Shown here piece by piece: positions 47,584 through 58,770 of a stretch of DNA of 64,000 nucleotides. Within the stretch, counting starts at the first letter, position 1; every line of letters begins with the position of its first letter. The notes under the pieces were generated by a model that was not told the origin of the DNA, made no database searches, and saw only the letters and a program-made list of their open reading frames with translations. The position numbers and the translations under genes were made by a program. The DNA comes from an uncultured bacterium (lineage in GTDB: Bacteria > AUK180). Location of the stretch: the NCBI GenBank assembly GCA_937863565.1, contig CALMGJ010000009.1:1-64000 (forward strand), written 5' to 3'.

Positions 47584-50500
47584 CTATTTTATCACGGCGA
47601 TTTTCTTATATGCATGCGAACCGTCGGGGAAAACTATGCTGACAAGATAGATCCCCGGAACGACCTGACAGCCGGACGTGTTCTTCAGCCGCCACACATA
47701 TTCGTTCCCGTGGACTTTTTCGATCGAAGCGGTCGAAAGCGATGCGGCAAGTTCTCCCGATATGGTATAGATATTTATGGAAGCGGCATCTTCGGCGACT
47801 ATCGTTACATCTCCGCGGGAAGGATTGGGCCACATGATGAAGTCTCCCGCCTCGCAAGGGCTGTCGTCTATCGTCCTCACCGAGAACACTCCGAAAAGGC
47901 CGGCGGAAGCGACCTGCGCGCATATGAACCCTCCGTCCAGTTCATCGTTCAGGGGATCCCCGTCCGCATCCCCTTCTATCCATGACGGAAGAAGACGCCA
48001 GGCATTGTTTTCAAAGATATACAGTCCCAGATCTGCCGATGTCATGCCTGCCGGAAGCTCGTTCTCCGAATAGTATATACGAAGCACCGCCGGTTCAGCG
48101 AACACGTAAGAGTTGATCCCGTTGACCACGATATTCCTGAAAATCCCGAGCGGCATCTTTCCGGCCTCCCGCATTTCCGGGGCTGAAACAGGCGAAGTAA
48201 TGGCGCAATCCAGAACGGCAGCGTTCTCATTTTCAGATATATCCAAACGCGTGAACGACCTGTCCGTAAAGAAATACTGCCCGGTGTGCCCGTCTCTTTT
48301 GAATCCGCCTATCGTTGGATCGCAGAGCACCTTGAGTTCATAATAGCCCGTTTCCTCCTTTACGAAAGTGAACTTGTCCCCGCCTGTCGGAGCCCATTTA
48401 AGGAAGCCCTCATTGTACGACCCGTTGAGCGGGGGAGTGCCCAGAACGACATCATTCCCGTAGGCATCGAAGTTCGAAACGGCAAGAACGCCTACAGGAT
48501 CAGTATAGAATGTGAAGTTGTTAAAAGCATTAGCAATATCCTTCACATAGGAGATCACGGTCCCGTCCCCGGAGAAGCAGGGTGAATAATTTGGCGCATC
48601 CGCCCCGTCTACCAATATAAGCCGCGGATCGGTAAGCGATGTCGGCGGTTGAGCAGATCCTCCGATTATGTCTTGAATTGAAGCCAATAGATATATGTCT
48701 GTTTTCGCAACCCTGTTCGTTCTTGTGGCTGGCCGTCTCACAAAAGCGATCTTCGTATTGTCGGGACTCCATACAGGCTGATAGCATTTCTGTATCTGGG
48801 TCAGGTCCGAATAAGGGTCAGAAAGAGCGGTCATCCTGACAAGGGAACTATCGTATGTCGTATCGAACGGAACATAGCTCCAGATATCGCCGGAGATGGA
48901 AACGACTATACGCTGATCGCCGCCGGTCATATTTAAAGCATCCGTCCAATGCGGGTCCACCCATTTATAATAAGCCATTCCGGAAGTCGGCTGCATCAGC
49001 ATCGATGCCCCGAGATCGGAACCGTCGCTTGACGCGGCATAGATCCGGAGAGGGTTTCCGCCTGCGAAAACGATATGGGAATCATCCGGCGACCAGCATA
49101 TCTGAGACACATGCGAGACAAGGTTCCCGGCATTCGCCACGATGAGCTCGATCCCCGTGCCGTCGGAATTCTTGGTCATGATCCTGCTTATGCCGGCATC
49201 GTAAACGATATAGGCCACTTTTCTCGGACTGCCGCTGTGAGCCCAGGCGGGGAAGAATACCGCGTCGGCTCCCGTTGAAAGAACCGGTTCATATGGCCTG
49301 TCGACGGTTATCGCGAACGTATCGTCCCACGAACCTTCCGTTGCCGTTATATCGAGATCGAATACGATCTGTTGTCCGATCGGGCAGGTCGTCGAGATGA
49401 AGACCCGGTAATCGGTAAGAGATGCTCCGGAGCCACCAGCGGCAAGATCGGGAAAATTCGCGAGAGCCGTTTTAACGGTCGCATATGCGCTGGCGGTAGT
49501 CAGGATCGCCTTCACGGAAGTTGCATTGTCTATCTGAGTGTTCTTCAAAGTAAGGGTTATATCTATGGTCTCCGTAGCGTCCGTATTCCCGTCACCGTTC
49601 CCGAATGCCGAATCATCGAGGAGATGGTCATAATAGACCAGATTCACGAGTTTCGGGGCCATCTGATCTACCTGAATGGAGAATGTCAGGTCCTTCGGTC
49701 CCTGATCGGTGGTTATCTCAAGCGTGAAATTGATGATCCGGCCGGCGGGGCACAGCCTGTTCACGGAAATATTGTAGCCCGTTATCGATTCCCCTTTTTT
49801 CGTTGACACCTTCGTCCCGAGGTCGGGATATGCGGAAGAATTAGAATTGACAGTAACGTAGGTGTCCGCTTCTGATATTACTCCGCTTATGCCTGTTACA
49901 TTGAAACTTTCATCGTTCTGTATCGTGACAAAAATATCCGCGGTCTCCCCGCCGTCGAGATTGCCGTCGCCGTTGCCGCCAGTTGTATCGACAATGCGGC
50001 AGGAAACATAGGAAAGGTTCACCGATGCCGCGGGAGGAGTAAGGGAATCGCCGCTTAAGAACTCGTCCCAGTTGGTCGCCGCGATCGGCAGCTTCTCGTA
50101 ATCTGTGGCGTAGCTCCCGTAATTCGAAGAAAGCGGAAGATAGATGGCAACTCCGTCGCAGTTTGCATATGAAAGTCCTTTCACATAATTCGAATAGACA
50201 TAAGTGGAAAAATAATTTTTAAGGTTCTGTGCCGGGGTCTTGGCATATGCCGGAAGCGCGGACGCGATCACTTTGTCCAGGAAATCCCCGAGATCCCTGT
50301 AATCATGTGAAGGCGGATAATATCCGTAGGGATCGTAGTCCTGGAGAAAATGCGTTGTATTGGTGATCAGAGTATTGATCGCAGAAGTATATCCCCCTCC
50401 CCTTGCCTGCATCATACCTGTGGCAAATGCATTCAGGAGAGCGGAGAATGTTGAGCACTGCTGCAGGTCAACCACGGAATGCGTGGGCTGACCGGATGCC

Positions 50501-51267
50501 ACATAGGTGCTGGCCACTTTATCCCCAAGGGCTTCAGGTGTCATTGAACCGTTCGCCTGGGCTAGTGGTCCGAGCCAATTGTCGTAAACCCAGCCGTCCG
50601 CGCCTTCGAGCTCTTCCGAGCCTACATACCAGTTGGCGTAAGGGGCGCAGACTTCATTCACTTCGTACATCTGCATCAAACAGGCATCAAAGCCGATCAG
50701 TTCGATCTTTTTCCCCGTATAACTGTAGATCGAAGAAAGGGCTGTTTTAAGTTCCCCGAGGCAGACAGATATCGATTTCCCGGAGGAATCGTCATTGGAG
50801 AAATCCTTGAAAAGTCCGCCGTTCGGAGGCGTTGCGCTTTTCGTCCAGCCGTTCCCGTGATCCCAGAGTACGACAAAATAATTCGTTGCGGGGTAATTTG
50901 CATATCCCCATTTTACGAAATCCGAAAGCGTAGTCGGGCTGCCCATATCCACTTCGCCCAGATCGGAAATGGCATTTGCCGCATTCGGGGTCATTCCCGC
51001 CGTGATCAGGAATCTTTTACATGTGGTCCAGTTGTCGTATGTAGTGCTGTATCCCGCAGCGCGGTCCATCTGAAGAACGATATTGATGTTCGCATCTGAA
51101 CCGACAGAGGACATTTCCAGAAAATCGGTGATCCCGTATGGTTCGAGATTATTATCGCAGTTCATATAGACCAGGATAGTCCATTTGGCGAGCGCGGCGG
51201 GAGCCGCATATATAAGAACAGATAACAATGCTGCAAGCAGAAATTTTCTTTTCATTTGTATCCTCAT
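47584..51267 (-). CDS. Secreted clostripain (C11) peptidase with Ig repeats, TolB-like propeller and T9SS/FlgD-like C-terminal domain
   Basis: WTILVYM..DNNL, WDHGNGW, GFDACLM; two GNGDGN.D..ET repeats; WSPD repeats; WPNP...IYTISGE...PGIYLV...KKIAVIK. Confidence 0.85.
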   Translation of the reverse strand: MRIQMKRKFLLAALLSVLIYAAPAALAKWTILVYMNCDNNLEPYGITDFLEMSSVGSDANINIVLQMDRAAGYSTTYDNWTTCKRFLITAGMTPNAANAISDLGEVDMGSPTTLSDFVKWGYANYPATNYFVVLWDHGNGWTKSATPPNGGLFKDFSNDDSSGKSISVCLGELKTALSSIYSYTGKKIELIGFDACLMQMYEVNEVCAPYANWYVGSEELEGADGWVYDNWLGPLAQANGSMTPEALGDKVASTYVASGQPTHSVVDLQQCSTFSALLNAFATGMMQARGGGYTSAINTLITNTTHFLQDYDPYGYYPPSHDYRDLGDFLDKVIASALPAYAKTPAQNLKNYFSTYVYSNYVKGLSYANCDGVAIYLPLSSNYGSYATDYEKLPIAATNWDEFLSGDSLTPPAASVNLSYVSCRIVDTTGGNGDGNLDGGETADIFVTIQNDESFNVTGISGVISEADTYVTVNSNSSAYPDLGTKVSTKKGESITGYNISVNRLCPAGRIINFTLEITTDQGPKDLTFSIQVDQMAPKLVNLVYYDHLLDDSAFGNGDGNTDATETIDITLTLKNTQIDNATSVKAILTTASAYATVKTALANFPDLAAGGSGASLTDYRVFISTTCPIGQQIVFDLDITATEGSWDDTFAITVDRPYEPVLSTGADAVFFPAWAHSGSPRKVAYIVYDAGISRIMTKNSDGTGIELIVANAGNLVSHVSQICWSPDDSHIVFAGGNPLRIYAASSDGSDLGASMLMQPTSGMAYYKWVDPHWTDALNMTGGDQRIVVSISGDIWSYVPFDTTYDSSLVRMTALSDPYSDLTQIQKCYQPVWSPDNTKIAFVRRPATRTNRVAKTDIYLLASIQDIIGGSAQPPTSLTDPRLILVDGADAPNYSPCFSGDGTVISYVKDIANAFNNFTFYTDPVGVLAVSNFDAYGNDVVLGTPPLNGSYNEGFLKWAPTGGDKFTFVKEETGYYELKVLCDPTIGGFKRDGHTGQYFFTDRSFTRLDISENENAAVLDCAITSPVSAPEMREAGKMPLGIFRNIVVNGINSYVFAEPAVLRIYYSENELPAGMTSADLGLYIFENNAWRLLPSWIEGDADGDPLNDELDGGFICAQVASAGLFGVFSVRTIDDSPCEAGDFIMWPNPSRGDVTIVAEDAASINIYTISGELAASLSTASIEKVHGNEYVWRLKNTSGCQVVPGIYLVSIVFPDGSHAYKKIAVIK

Positions 51268-51380
51268 ATTTTTTATTATAACTTTTTCGGGGATAATTTC
51301 AACTTTTCTATTATGTTAATTCAAAGTACGGGTCTCCGGAACGGTACCGGAAAAGGTTCTTTGAACGGGAGGAGCCCCGT

Positions 51381-52271
51381 TCAGAAAGAGATCATGTCCC
51401 TTCCTCCTGATTTGCTTTTGTAGAGCAGTTTATCGGCCCGGGCGATAAATGTTTTCATGTCATCCTCCTTTTTTATCATTGTTGCTCCGGAGGATACCGC
51501 AACGCCCATTCTCACATTATCCTTGAGTATGAATGTCGCCTTTACAAGATAGCGTATCCTTTTCCCGATGAATTTGAGCGTCTTAAAATTGATGCCGGGA
51601 AGAATTATGATAAATTCATCGCCTCCCCATCTGATCAGCACATCGTTCAACCTTATACTGTTCAATATGGTCTTTGAAACCGCATATAGTATCCTGTCGC
51701 CGGTCCCGTGGCCGTGGATATCGTTTATCTGCTTGAAATGATCTATGTCGAGATAGATGATCCCCAGATCCCCCTTCACTTTATGTTTTTCAACTTCTTC
51801 CCGGATCCGACCTTCTCCAAAATTGCGGTTTTTCGCACCGGTGAGTTTATCGTACGAGGCCGCTTTTTTTATCTTTTCCATAGCCGATATCGCTTTTATG
51901 AGTTTGCTGTTATCTGAAAAGACCTCTATGACACCTGCCATTTTCCCTTTTTCATCAAGTACCGGGGAGGTTCTGATCTTCACCGGTATCCTTTCCCCGT
52001 TCTTATGCCTTAAGAAAAGCTCCGTTTCATATTCCTTGTTCTCGGAGATTGCTTTTTTAAGGGGGCAGTTGTCTTTACAGGCCGATTCACCGTTTTCGGT
52101 GATGTGGCACAGTCCGTTCATCGAGCAGATCTTTCCCTTCATCTCTTTGAATGTGAAGCCCGATATGCGCTTTGCTCCCCTGTTCCAGAAAACGATCTTC
52201 CTGTTTATATCGGTGACATAGACGCCGTCGAAGATTCTGCCCACTATCTGTTCATAGTATTCCTTCTTCAT
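51381..52271 (-). CDS. PAS-GGDEF diguanylate cyclase
   Basis: WNRGAKRISGF PAS; DIDHFKQIND.HGH..GD; RWGGDEF. Confidence 0.92.
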   Translation of the reverse strand: MKKEYYEQIVGRIFDGVYVTDINRKIVFWNRGAKRISGFTFKEMKGKICSMNGLCHITENGESACKDNCPLKKAISENKEYETELFLRHKNGERIPVKIRTSPVLDEKGKMAGVIEVFSDNSKLIKAISAMEKIKKAASYDKLTGAKNRNFGEGRIREEVEKHKVKGDLGIIYLDIDHFKQINDIHGHGTGDRILYAVSKTILNSIRLNDVLIRWGGDEFIIILPGINFKTLKFIGKRIRYLVKATFILKDNVRMGVAVSSGATMIKKEDDMKTFIARADKLLYKSKSGGRDMISF

Positions 52272-52342
52272 AGCGAGAGTTTATCATATTCTCATGGCTT
52301 ATTCAAGCCGGGCGGCCGCGGTCTTCTCCATCGGCCGAACAT

Positions 52343-53551
52343 TCAGCGCAATTCATTCAAAAGATCAAGGTAATCCGAAAGAAGGCGCGTGATCAAAAAA
52401 TGTTTTCTGATGTGCTCCTTTCCGTTTTTGCCCAGTTCTTTTCTCAGTTCTCCGTCATCCAGTATTTTCATGATCCTTTCCGCTGCCGTATCGTAATCAC
52501 CCGTAGCGACCAGATATCCGTTTTTTCCGTCAATTACCTGAAGCGGTATGCCGCCCACGGCTGTCGCGACGACAGGCGTTTCTTTCCACAGGCTTTCGGC
52601 AATGGTAAGGCCGAACCCTTCTCTTTTGGAATTCTGAATGATCACGGAGGACTCACGCTGCAACACATTGACAAGAACATCGCTTACCGCTGTGATCATG
52701 ATGATCTCGCCCCTTTTTATGAGTTCTTCCCCCTTTTTTACCGTCTTTTCATATATTATAATCCCTTCGGGGTCATCGCTGGCGGCTCCGCCGCAAAGCA
52801 CCAGCCTGCAATCCCTTGCCGATCTTACCCTTTTAAAGATCTCGATCACGCCGTCGGGGTCCTTCCATTTATCGAATCTTGATATCTGGGTAATAAGGGG
52901 TTTATCCGTCGGTACGCCGAATTTTTTCAGGACTTTTGCGGTCGTAGCGGCATCGATGTCCATGTTCTTCACCGTCAGCGGATCTATTGAAGGAAAGACG
53001 ATCTTCTGTTCTATGGGGATATCGGCCTTTTTGTACTTGTCATTCGAGATTATCATCATATCGTATCTCATCAGGAACAGTTTAAGAAAATGCCACAGGT
53101 CCGGATTCGGTTCAGAAAGATCAACATGGCATCTCCAGACCCAGGGCTGCTGTTTAGATCTGTACCTGATCAGAGGCAGAGGCTGCGGATCGTGTATGAT
53201 CACAAAGTCGTGATTAAGATGAGTGAAGAAAGAAAAATCCTCATTTGTGCTTTCATATATCTGCTTTTTCAATTTTGTCAGGTTTATCTTCTCGCCCTGC
53301 AGAGCGTTATGGAATTTTTTCGTGATATTGTAAAAATCCTGCGTTCCGTGAATGACGCGCCACCCTGCATCCATACCGATATCGTTCATAAGAGGGATCA
53401 AAGAACGCAGTATTTCCGCAACGCCGCCGCCCATCGCGGTGGAGTTGATGTGAACAATGCGTTTCCCGTTGAGTTTCAGAGCCTTTTTAAAAATACCAAA
53501 GAGGATCTCGTCTCCGACGATATCCCTGTAGTCATCAAGACGTTTGCGCAT
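52343..53551 (-). CDS. treT: Trehalose synthase (glycosyltransferring), GT4
   Basis: HINSTAMGGGVAEIL, IHDPQP, WRCHVD, SRFDKWKDP, EGFGL. Confidence 0.88.
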   Translation of the reverse strand: MRKRLDDYRDIVGDEILFGIFKKALKLNGKRIVHINSTAMGGGVAEILRSLIPLMNDIGMDAGWRVIHGTQDFYNITKKFHNALQGEKINLTKLKKQIYESTNEDFSFFTHLNHDFVIIHDPQPLPLIRYRSKQQPWVWRCHVDLSEPNPDLWHFLKLFLMRYDMMIISNDKYKKADIPIEQKIVFPSIDPLTVKNMDIDAATTAKVLKKFGVPTDKPLITQISRFDKWKDPDGVIEIFKRVRSARDCRLVLCGGAASDDPEGIIIYEKTVKKGEELIKRGEIIMITAVSDVLVNVLQRESSVIIQNSKREGFGLTIAESLWKETPVVATAVGGIPLQVIDGKNGYLVATGDYDTAAERIMKILDDGELRKELGKNGKEHIRKHFLITRLLSDYLDLLNELR

Positions 53552-53635
53552 ATATGACCTCCGTATGAATTTTACTTTGTTTTTGTAAGCGGCCTTTACG
53601 GCCTTGTATTTTTAGTTTTCCGCAATACCCGTTTT

Positions 53636-54463
53636 TCATTGTTTCACGGCTCCACCCGACAGGCCTTTAAAGATATATCTCTGGAAGAAGAGTGCAAGCA
53701 ATATGAGCGGGAGGGCCGAAATGAGAGATGCCGCCATTATATTTCCCCAAGGCAGTTCGCCGTGAAGACCTTCGAAAAGCGATATGCCTACCGGCACTGT
53801 CCGGGCATTGTGGTCCGTTGTGAGCATCAGTGCGAAAAGGAATTCATTGAAGGCGAAGATGAACACAAGAAGAAAAGTTGAAAGGAGCCCGGGGAGCGCT
53901 AAAGGGACTATGATCCTTGAAAAGGCCCGGAACCTGTCGGCGCCGTCTATGAGAGCGGCCGCATCTATGTCGCGCGGGATCTGCGAAAAGTATCCCATAA
54001 GTATCCAAAGAGCGAAGGGAAGGCACCAGGAGATATACGGGAGTATGAGCGCCGTGTAAGTATTGATGAGGCCCGCCGAGGTCATCATCCGGAACAGGTA
54101 TCCGGCAAGGCTGATCTGAGGGAACATGGAAACAGCCAGCACGCCGACCATCAGTATTTTCTTTAACCGTGAATCGGTTCTTGTCAGTATATATGCGGCC
54201 AGGCCTCCGAACAATGTCGCGAAAAGAGCGCTGAAAAAACCGACGATGAGGCTGTTCTTCAAGTAAAAGGGAAAATATAGGGTTCGCTCCCGGAATATGT
54301 TCTTAAAATTTTCACAGGTAATTTCAATTCTTCCGCGGGACAGGAAATCGGCGTTTTTTGAAAGAGAAACAACGGCCATCCATATGACCGGTGAAAGATA
54401 GAACAGCAGTATCAGAGCGATGCCGGCGCCGAGAAGGAGCTTTTTAAAACCGGCTTCGTTCAT
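53636..54463 (-). CDS. Carbohydrate ABC transporter permease (MalG-like)
   Basis: IPRDIDAAALIDGA EAA loop; FNEFLFA. Confidence 0.92.
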   Translation of the reverse strand: MNEAGFKKLLLGAGIALILLFYLSPVIWMAVVSLSKNADFLSRGRIEITCENFKNIFRERTLYFPFYLKNSLIVGFFSALFATLFGGLAAYILTRTDSRLKKILMVGVLAVSMFPQISLAGYLFRMMTSAGLINTYTALILPYISWCLPFALWILMGYFSQIPRDIDAAALIDGADRFRAFSRIIVPLALPGLLSTFLLVFIFAFNEFLFALMLTTDHNARTVPVGISLFEGLHGELPWGNIMAASLISALPLILLALFFQRYIFKGLSGGAVKQ

Positions 54464-55317
54464 ATTTCCTCTTTTATCCTGCCGGCCTTGAGATAGACCA
54501 TGGCAATCACAAAGGCAAGAAGGAATATTGCTACCGAGATGGCCGAGCCGTAGCCGAAATCTCCCTGCAGAAAGGCCTTATATCCGAGAAGAGATATGGA
54601 GGATGTGGTTCCGCCCGGGCCGCCGCCGGTCATAACAAGTATTACATCGAAGATCCTGAGAGCATCGATCGTCCGGAAGATAAGGGCGATCAAAAGGATC
54701 GGTTTCAAGGCCGGAAGCGTTATTCTAAAAAATCTGGCGATCATACCGGCGCCGTCGACTTTGGCTTGATCGTATATGGAGGTGGGAAGGTTCTGCATCC
54801 CCGCAAGGATGATTATGGCCACGAACGGAGTGGTCCTCCACACATCTGCCGCAACGAGCGCTGAAAAAGCTCCCGCCGGGCTGCCGAGCCAATTCTCGGG
54901 CATACCGAACAACGCTTTCATGAAGAAATTGTGCACACCGTATTCGAATTGATAGATGAACTGCCACATCCTCGCTCCGATCACGTTCGGAATGGCCCAG
55001 GGGATGAGGACGATACCCCTGATAAGCCCTCTCATCCTGAATTCCTCGTTTATTACCGATGCCGTAAGTATGCCGGCGGCCATTTCCAGAAATACCGAGA
55101 CTGCGCTAAAAAGAAGAGTGAACACGACCGCTTTCCGGAATGCGGAATCTCCGGAGAGCCGTATATAGTTCATTAATCCCGTGAACTTCACCGGAAGAAA
55201 TGATACATCCCTGAAAAGGCTGTTGATTAATGCCCCGATCACGGGAACGAGAACAAATAAAAGAACGAATAAAAAAAGAGGGGCAAGGAACAGAAGATCG
55301 GCCCGGTGTTTATTCAT
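54460..55317 (-). CDS. Carbohydrate ABC transporter permease (MalF-like)
   Basis: IPWAIP, DVWRTTPF, YDQAKVDGA, TGGGPG. Confidence 0.92.
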   Translation of the reverse strand: MNKHRADLLFLAPLFLFVLLFVLVPVIGALINSLFRDVSFLPVKFTGLMNYIRLSGDSAFRKAVVFTLLFSAVSVFLEMAAGILTASVINEEFRMRGLIRGIVLIPWAIPNVIGARMWQFIYQFEYGVHNFFMKALFGMPENWLGSPAGAFSALVAADVWRTTPFVAIIILAGMQNLPTSIYDQAKVDGAGMIARFFRITLPALKPILLIALIFRTIDALRIFDVILVMTGGGPGGTTSSISLLGYKAFLQGDFGYGSAISVAIFLLAFVIAMVYLKAGRIKEEI

Positions 55318-56590
55318 TATAAAGGGTCATGATCCTTTCAACTTCTTTCTGTGCGGCTGACAGAGCCTCTTGTGCGGTCATGTTTCTGGACAGCGCCGCA
55401 TTGATATATTTTTGAACGATCTCCGAGATATGGGTATAGAATGGGGCTGACGGTCTTGCCACAGAGGATTCAAAGGCTGTTTTCAGAACCGCTATATGCG
55501 GGATCCTGGCCGCGATATCGGGATCCTCGTACAGATCCTTTCTTCCGGGATTCCATCCAAGTTCAAGGCACAATGATCTCTGCACTTCCCGTGAAACAAG
55601 GAATTTTACAAGTTCCCAGGCTTCTTCGGGAAGATCGGAGGAGCGGGAGATCCCGACATGCCATCCCCCGAGCGCTGACGCGCGGTGGCCGGATGGGCCG
55701 ACTGGGAGAGGCATGATCCCTGTTTTTCCTTTTACCGGGGATCCATCCGATTCATGAAGTCTCCAGGCATAAGGCCAGTTCCTTTCAAAAAGGGCATTGC
55801 CGTTCTGGAAGAAAATCCTTGATTCCTCCTCTTTCATTTCCGTGAATGTGTTTGGCGGGGATATACCGTTATCCGAAATAAGCGCGATCATTTGTTCCAA
55901 AGCCGCAATGTTCTCCGGCGATTTCAGTGATACTTTTCCGTTTTCATTGATGATGCAGCCTCCGTAAGCTGAACTGATCTCTATAAAATTGCACACCAAT
56001 CCTTCATACTGCGCCCCCTGCCATACATACCCGTAGAAAGCGCCATTCGATGAACGTTCCTTTTCCTGAACTTTTCGGGCAATGTCGATAAGGCCTAACC
56101 AGTTCGCAGGCAGATCGAGGCCGTATTTATCGAGAATGTCTTTTCTATAAAACATGATCCCCGTATCTACATATACCGGAAGTGCTACAACGGCACCCCG
56201 GAAAGTATCGGCCCGGTCAAATACGGATGAGAAGAAGATTGAACTGTCGAACCCGTCCTCCTTCATGTATTCCTGCAGAGGAAGCAGCCATCCGGAAGCG
56301 GCGAACTGACCCACCCATACGACATCCATCAGGAATACGTCGGGGTCCGCTTCTCCGGCTTTAAGGGGAATAAGCAGCCCTTGCCTTCTCTGATCAGAAT
56401 CCGTAGGCTGCCTGATCACGGATACCTCCGTTCCGGATTTACGGGAGAAATCGCCGATCAGGGATTCAAGGTACTTGACTTCGCTGGGAGCGCCGCCCAG
56501 GACGATCGTAAGTTTTTTTTCCTGACGGGCGCACGAAACAATAGTAAGGATCAAGGCAATCGCAAGGCAGATATGTTTTATTAATCTCAT
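55310..56590 (-). CDS. Sugar (trehalose/maltose-type) ABC substrate-binding lipoprotein
   Basis: Lipobox IVSC; DVVWVGQFA, QGAQYEGLVCNF, RNWPYA, ALGGW. Confidence 0.9.
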   Translation of the reverse strand: MRLIKHICLAIALILTIVSCARQEKKLTIVLGGAPSEVKYLESLIGDFSRKSGTEVSVIRQPTDSDQRRQGLLIPLKAGEADPDVFLMDVVWVGQFAASGWLLPLQEYMKEDGFDSSIFFSSVFDRADTFRGAVVALPVYVDTGIMFYRKDILDKYGLDLPANWLGLIDIARKVQEKERSSNGAFYGYVWQGAQYEGLVCNFIEISSAYGGCIINENGKVSLKSPENIAALEQMIALISDNGISPPNTFTEMKEEESRIFFQNGNALFERNWPYAWRLHESDGSPVKGKTGIMPLPVGPSGHRASALGGWHVGISRSSDLPEEAWELVKFLVSREVQRSLCLELGWNPGRKDLYEDPDIAARIPHIAVLKTAFESSVARPSAPFYTHISEIVQKYINAALSRNMTAQEALSAAQKEVERIMTLYNE

Positions 56591-58770
56591 TTTCCGCTCC
56601 TTTTGAGTTTTCTGAGCATTGCTCTTATTTCGTTGTATGTCGGTAAGATGAAGGCGGCGTTCGTGTGTCCGATCCCCACCTTTATTGATATCGCGTTGGA
56701 CGGAAGTGTTCTGAATACGTCCTCATCCGTTATATCGTCCCCGACAGCAAGAATGAAATCATAGATTTTCCCAGAAATGAAATGCATCGCGGCGGATCCT
56801 TTATCCACACCGAGATTCTTCACTTCAACGACCTTATTGCCTTCCATTATCCCTATATTCAGGTTCGATGTGTATTGCAGCAATGTTTCCGTCACTTCGT
56901 TCTTTCTGAATACGATCAATTCCGGGTCGGCGGTACGGTAATGCCAGACCAGGGAATAATCTTTCTCTTCCAGCAGGGTTCCCGGTGTTCTCATGACATA
57001 AAATTGTAAAAGCGGCCGGATCGAGTCTTTCCATTTCTGTTTTATGTTCTTTGCCAGCACCCAACTCCCGCCCGCTTCACGCAACCAGACTCCGTGTTCC
57101 GCCACAAGAGACATTTTCATTCCGCCGAACCATTTTTCCAACTCGCGTTTTTTCCGGCCGCTGATCAGGACCACTTCGTTCTTTTTATCCGAGATCAATT
57201 CATTCAGCACATCGTACAGCTCCTCGTCGGGATAAGCTTTTTCGGGTTTATCCGAAAAAGGCATCAGCGTGCCGTCATAATCCAAGAGGATCAACCTGTT
57301 AACACTGGTCCGATAGCTCCCCACTATCTTCTTTGTGCTTTTGGCATCAAGCGCCTTGGACTGCAGCGAAGCTTGCCTAACTTTCACGCGCTCCAGCCTT
57401 TCCGTAAAAAGCGCGGCCCATCTCTGGACCGTAGATTCCGCAAGCAGTCCCTGCATATTCCTTATACGCTCATTCTGTTCTTTGACAGAGGTCCCGAGCG
57501 CCGCCTTTATCGCTTCACAGACCTCGTATGCGCTGTTCGGATTGACAGAAAAGGAATCCACGAGTTCCGAAGCGGCGCCGGCCATTTCACTCAAGATCAG
57601 AACACCGCCGCTTTTTTCCCTGCAGGCAATGTATTCCTTTGCAACAAGGTTCATTCCGTCACGGAGAGGAGTGACCAGGCAGATATCAGCCTGTTTGTAG
57701 AGTGCGACCAGTTCATTAAAAGGAAGCGATCTGTAAAGGTACCAGACCGGGACCCATCCGATCGTCCCGAATTTTCCGTTGATCCTTCCCACGAGCTCGT
57801 CTATGGAACCCTTCAGGGTCTTATAGGTCTTAACCTTTACGCGGGACGGCACCTCCAGCATGATTAGAACGACCTTTTCGTGATACTCCGGGTTTTTCGA
57901 GAGGAAATATTCGAAAGCCTCCAGGCGCTTACGGATACCCTTTGAGTAATCGAGGCGATCGACCGAAATGATCAGTTTCCTGCCTTTCGTTTCCTTGTGT
58001 ATCTTCTCTCCGTATTTTTTTACTTTCTCATCGTGGATGGCATTGTGGAATTTCTTATAATCTATGCCCATCGGGAACGCATCAACCTCGATAACGCGGT
58101 TTGCGTGATATATCTTCCCAAGATTCGTTTCACTTCCCGTGAGACGTTTCACGCTGCTGAGGAAATGCCTTACATAATCATAGGCGTGCATCCCTATGAG
58201 ATTCGCTCCGAGAAGTCCCTCTATGATCTCCTTTCTCCACGGCAGAAGCCTGAATAACTCGAATGAAGGGAACGGGATATGAAGAAAAAAACCTATCTTG
58301 GCATCGGGAAGCCGGTCTCTTATCATTTTCGGCAGAAGCATCAGATGGTAATCGTGTATCCAGATATTGTCATTCTTCCCTGCAACCTTGAGAACGGTAT
58401 CCGCAAACAGTTTGTTCACTTTTACATATCTTTCCCAGGCTTCATCATCATATACTACGAATTGAGGGAAATAGTGAAAAAGCGGCCATACGGTATCATT
58501 ACTGAATCCTTCGTAGTAGAGCTGCACATCCTTCTGGGATAAAGGCACGGGATAGCAGCCGTATTCCCTTGTCAGTTTTTTCCCCAGCGTCCGGCCAAAC
58601 GATTTCGATGCATATATGCCGCTCCAGCCGATCCAGCGGTCCGCCGCCCTGTTGAATATCGAACTTAGTCCCGTTGCAAGACCGCCTACGCTTTTTGAAA
58701 ACCTGACCCGGCCGTTCTTCTCCTCAACGGTTACGGGCAGCCGATTTGACACTATTATAAGCCTTTTCAT
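56587..58770 (-). CDS. Bifunctional trehalose-6-phosphate synthase/phosphatase
   Basis: VSNRLP, GGLA, WIHDYHL, FFLHIPFP, DRLDYSKG, DGMNLVAKEY; HAD domain LDYDGTL...GDDITDED. Confidence 0.95.
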   Translation of the reverse strand: MKRLIIVSNRLPVTVEEKNGRVRFSKSVGGLATGLSSIFNRAADRWIGWSGIYASKSFGRTLGKKLTREYGCYPVPLSQKDVQLYYEGFSNDTVWPLFHYFPQFVVYDDEAWERYVKVNKLFADTVLKVAGKNDNIWIHDYHLMLLPKMIRDRLPDAKIGFFLHIPFPSFELFRLLPWRKEIIEGLLGANLIGMHAYDYVRHFLSSVKRLTGSETNLGKIYHANRVIEVDAFPMGIDYKKFHNAIHDEKVKKYGEKIHKETKGRKLIISVDRLDYSKGIRKRLEAFEYFLSKNPEYHEKVVLIMLEVPSRVKVKTYKTLKGSIDELVGRINGKFGTIGWVPVWYLYRSLPFNELVALYKQADICLVTPLRDGMNLVAKEYIACREKSGGVLILSEMAGAASELVDSFSVNPNSAYEVCEAIKAALGTSVKEQNERIRNMQGLLAESTVQRWAALFTERLERVKVRQASLQSKALDAKSTKKIVGSYRTSVNRLILLDYDGTLMPFSDKPEKAYPDEELYDVLNELISDKKNEVVLISGRKKRELEKWFGGMKMSLVAEHGVWLREAGGSWVLAKNIKQKWKDSIRPLLQFYVMRTPGTLLEEKDYSLVWHYRTADPELIVFRKNEVTETLLQYTSNLNIGIMEGNKVVEVKNLGVDKGSAAMHFISGKIYDFILAVGDDITDEDVFRTLPSNAISIKVGIGHTNAAFILPTYNEIRAMLRKLKRSGK

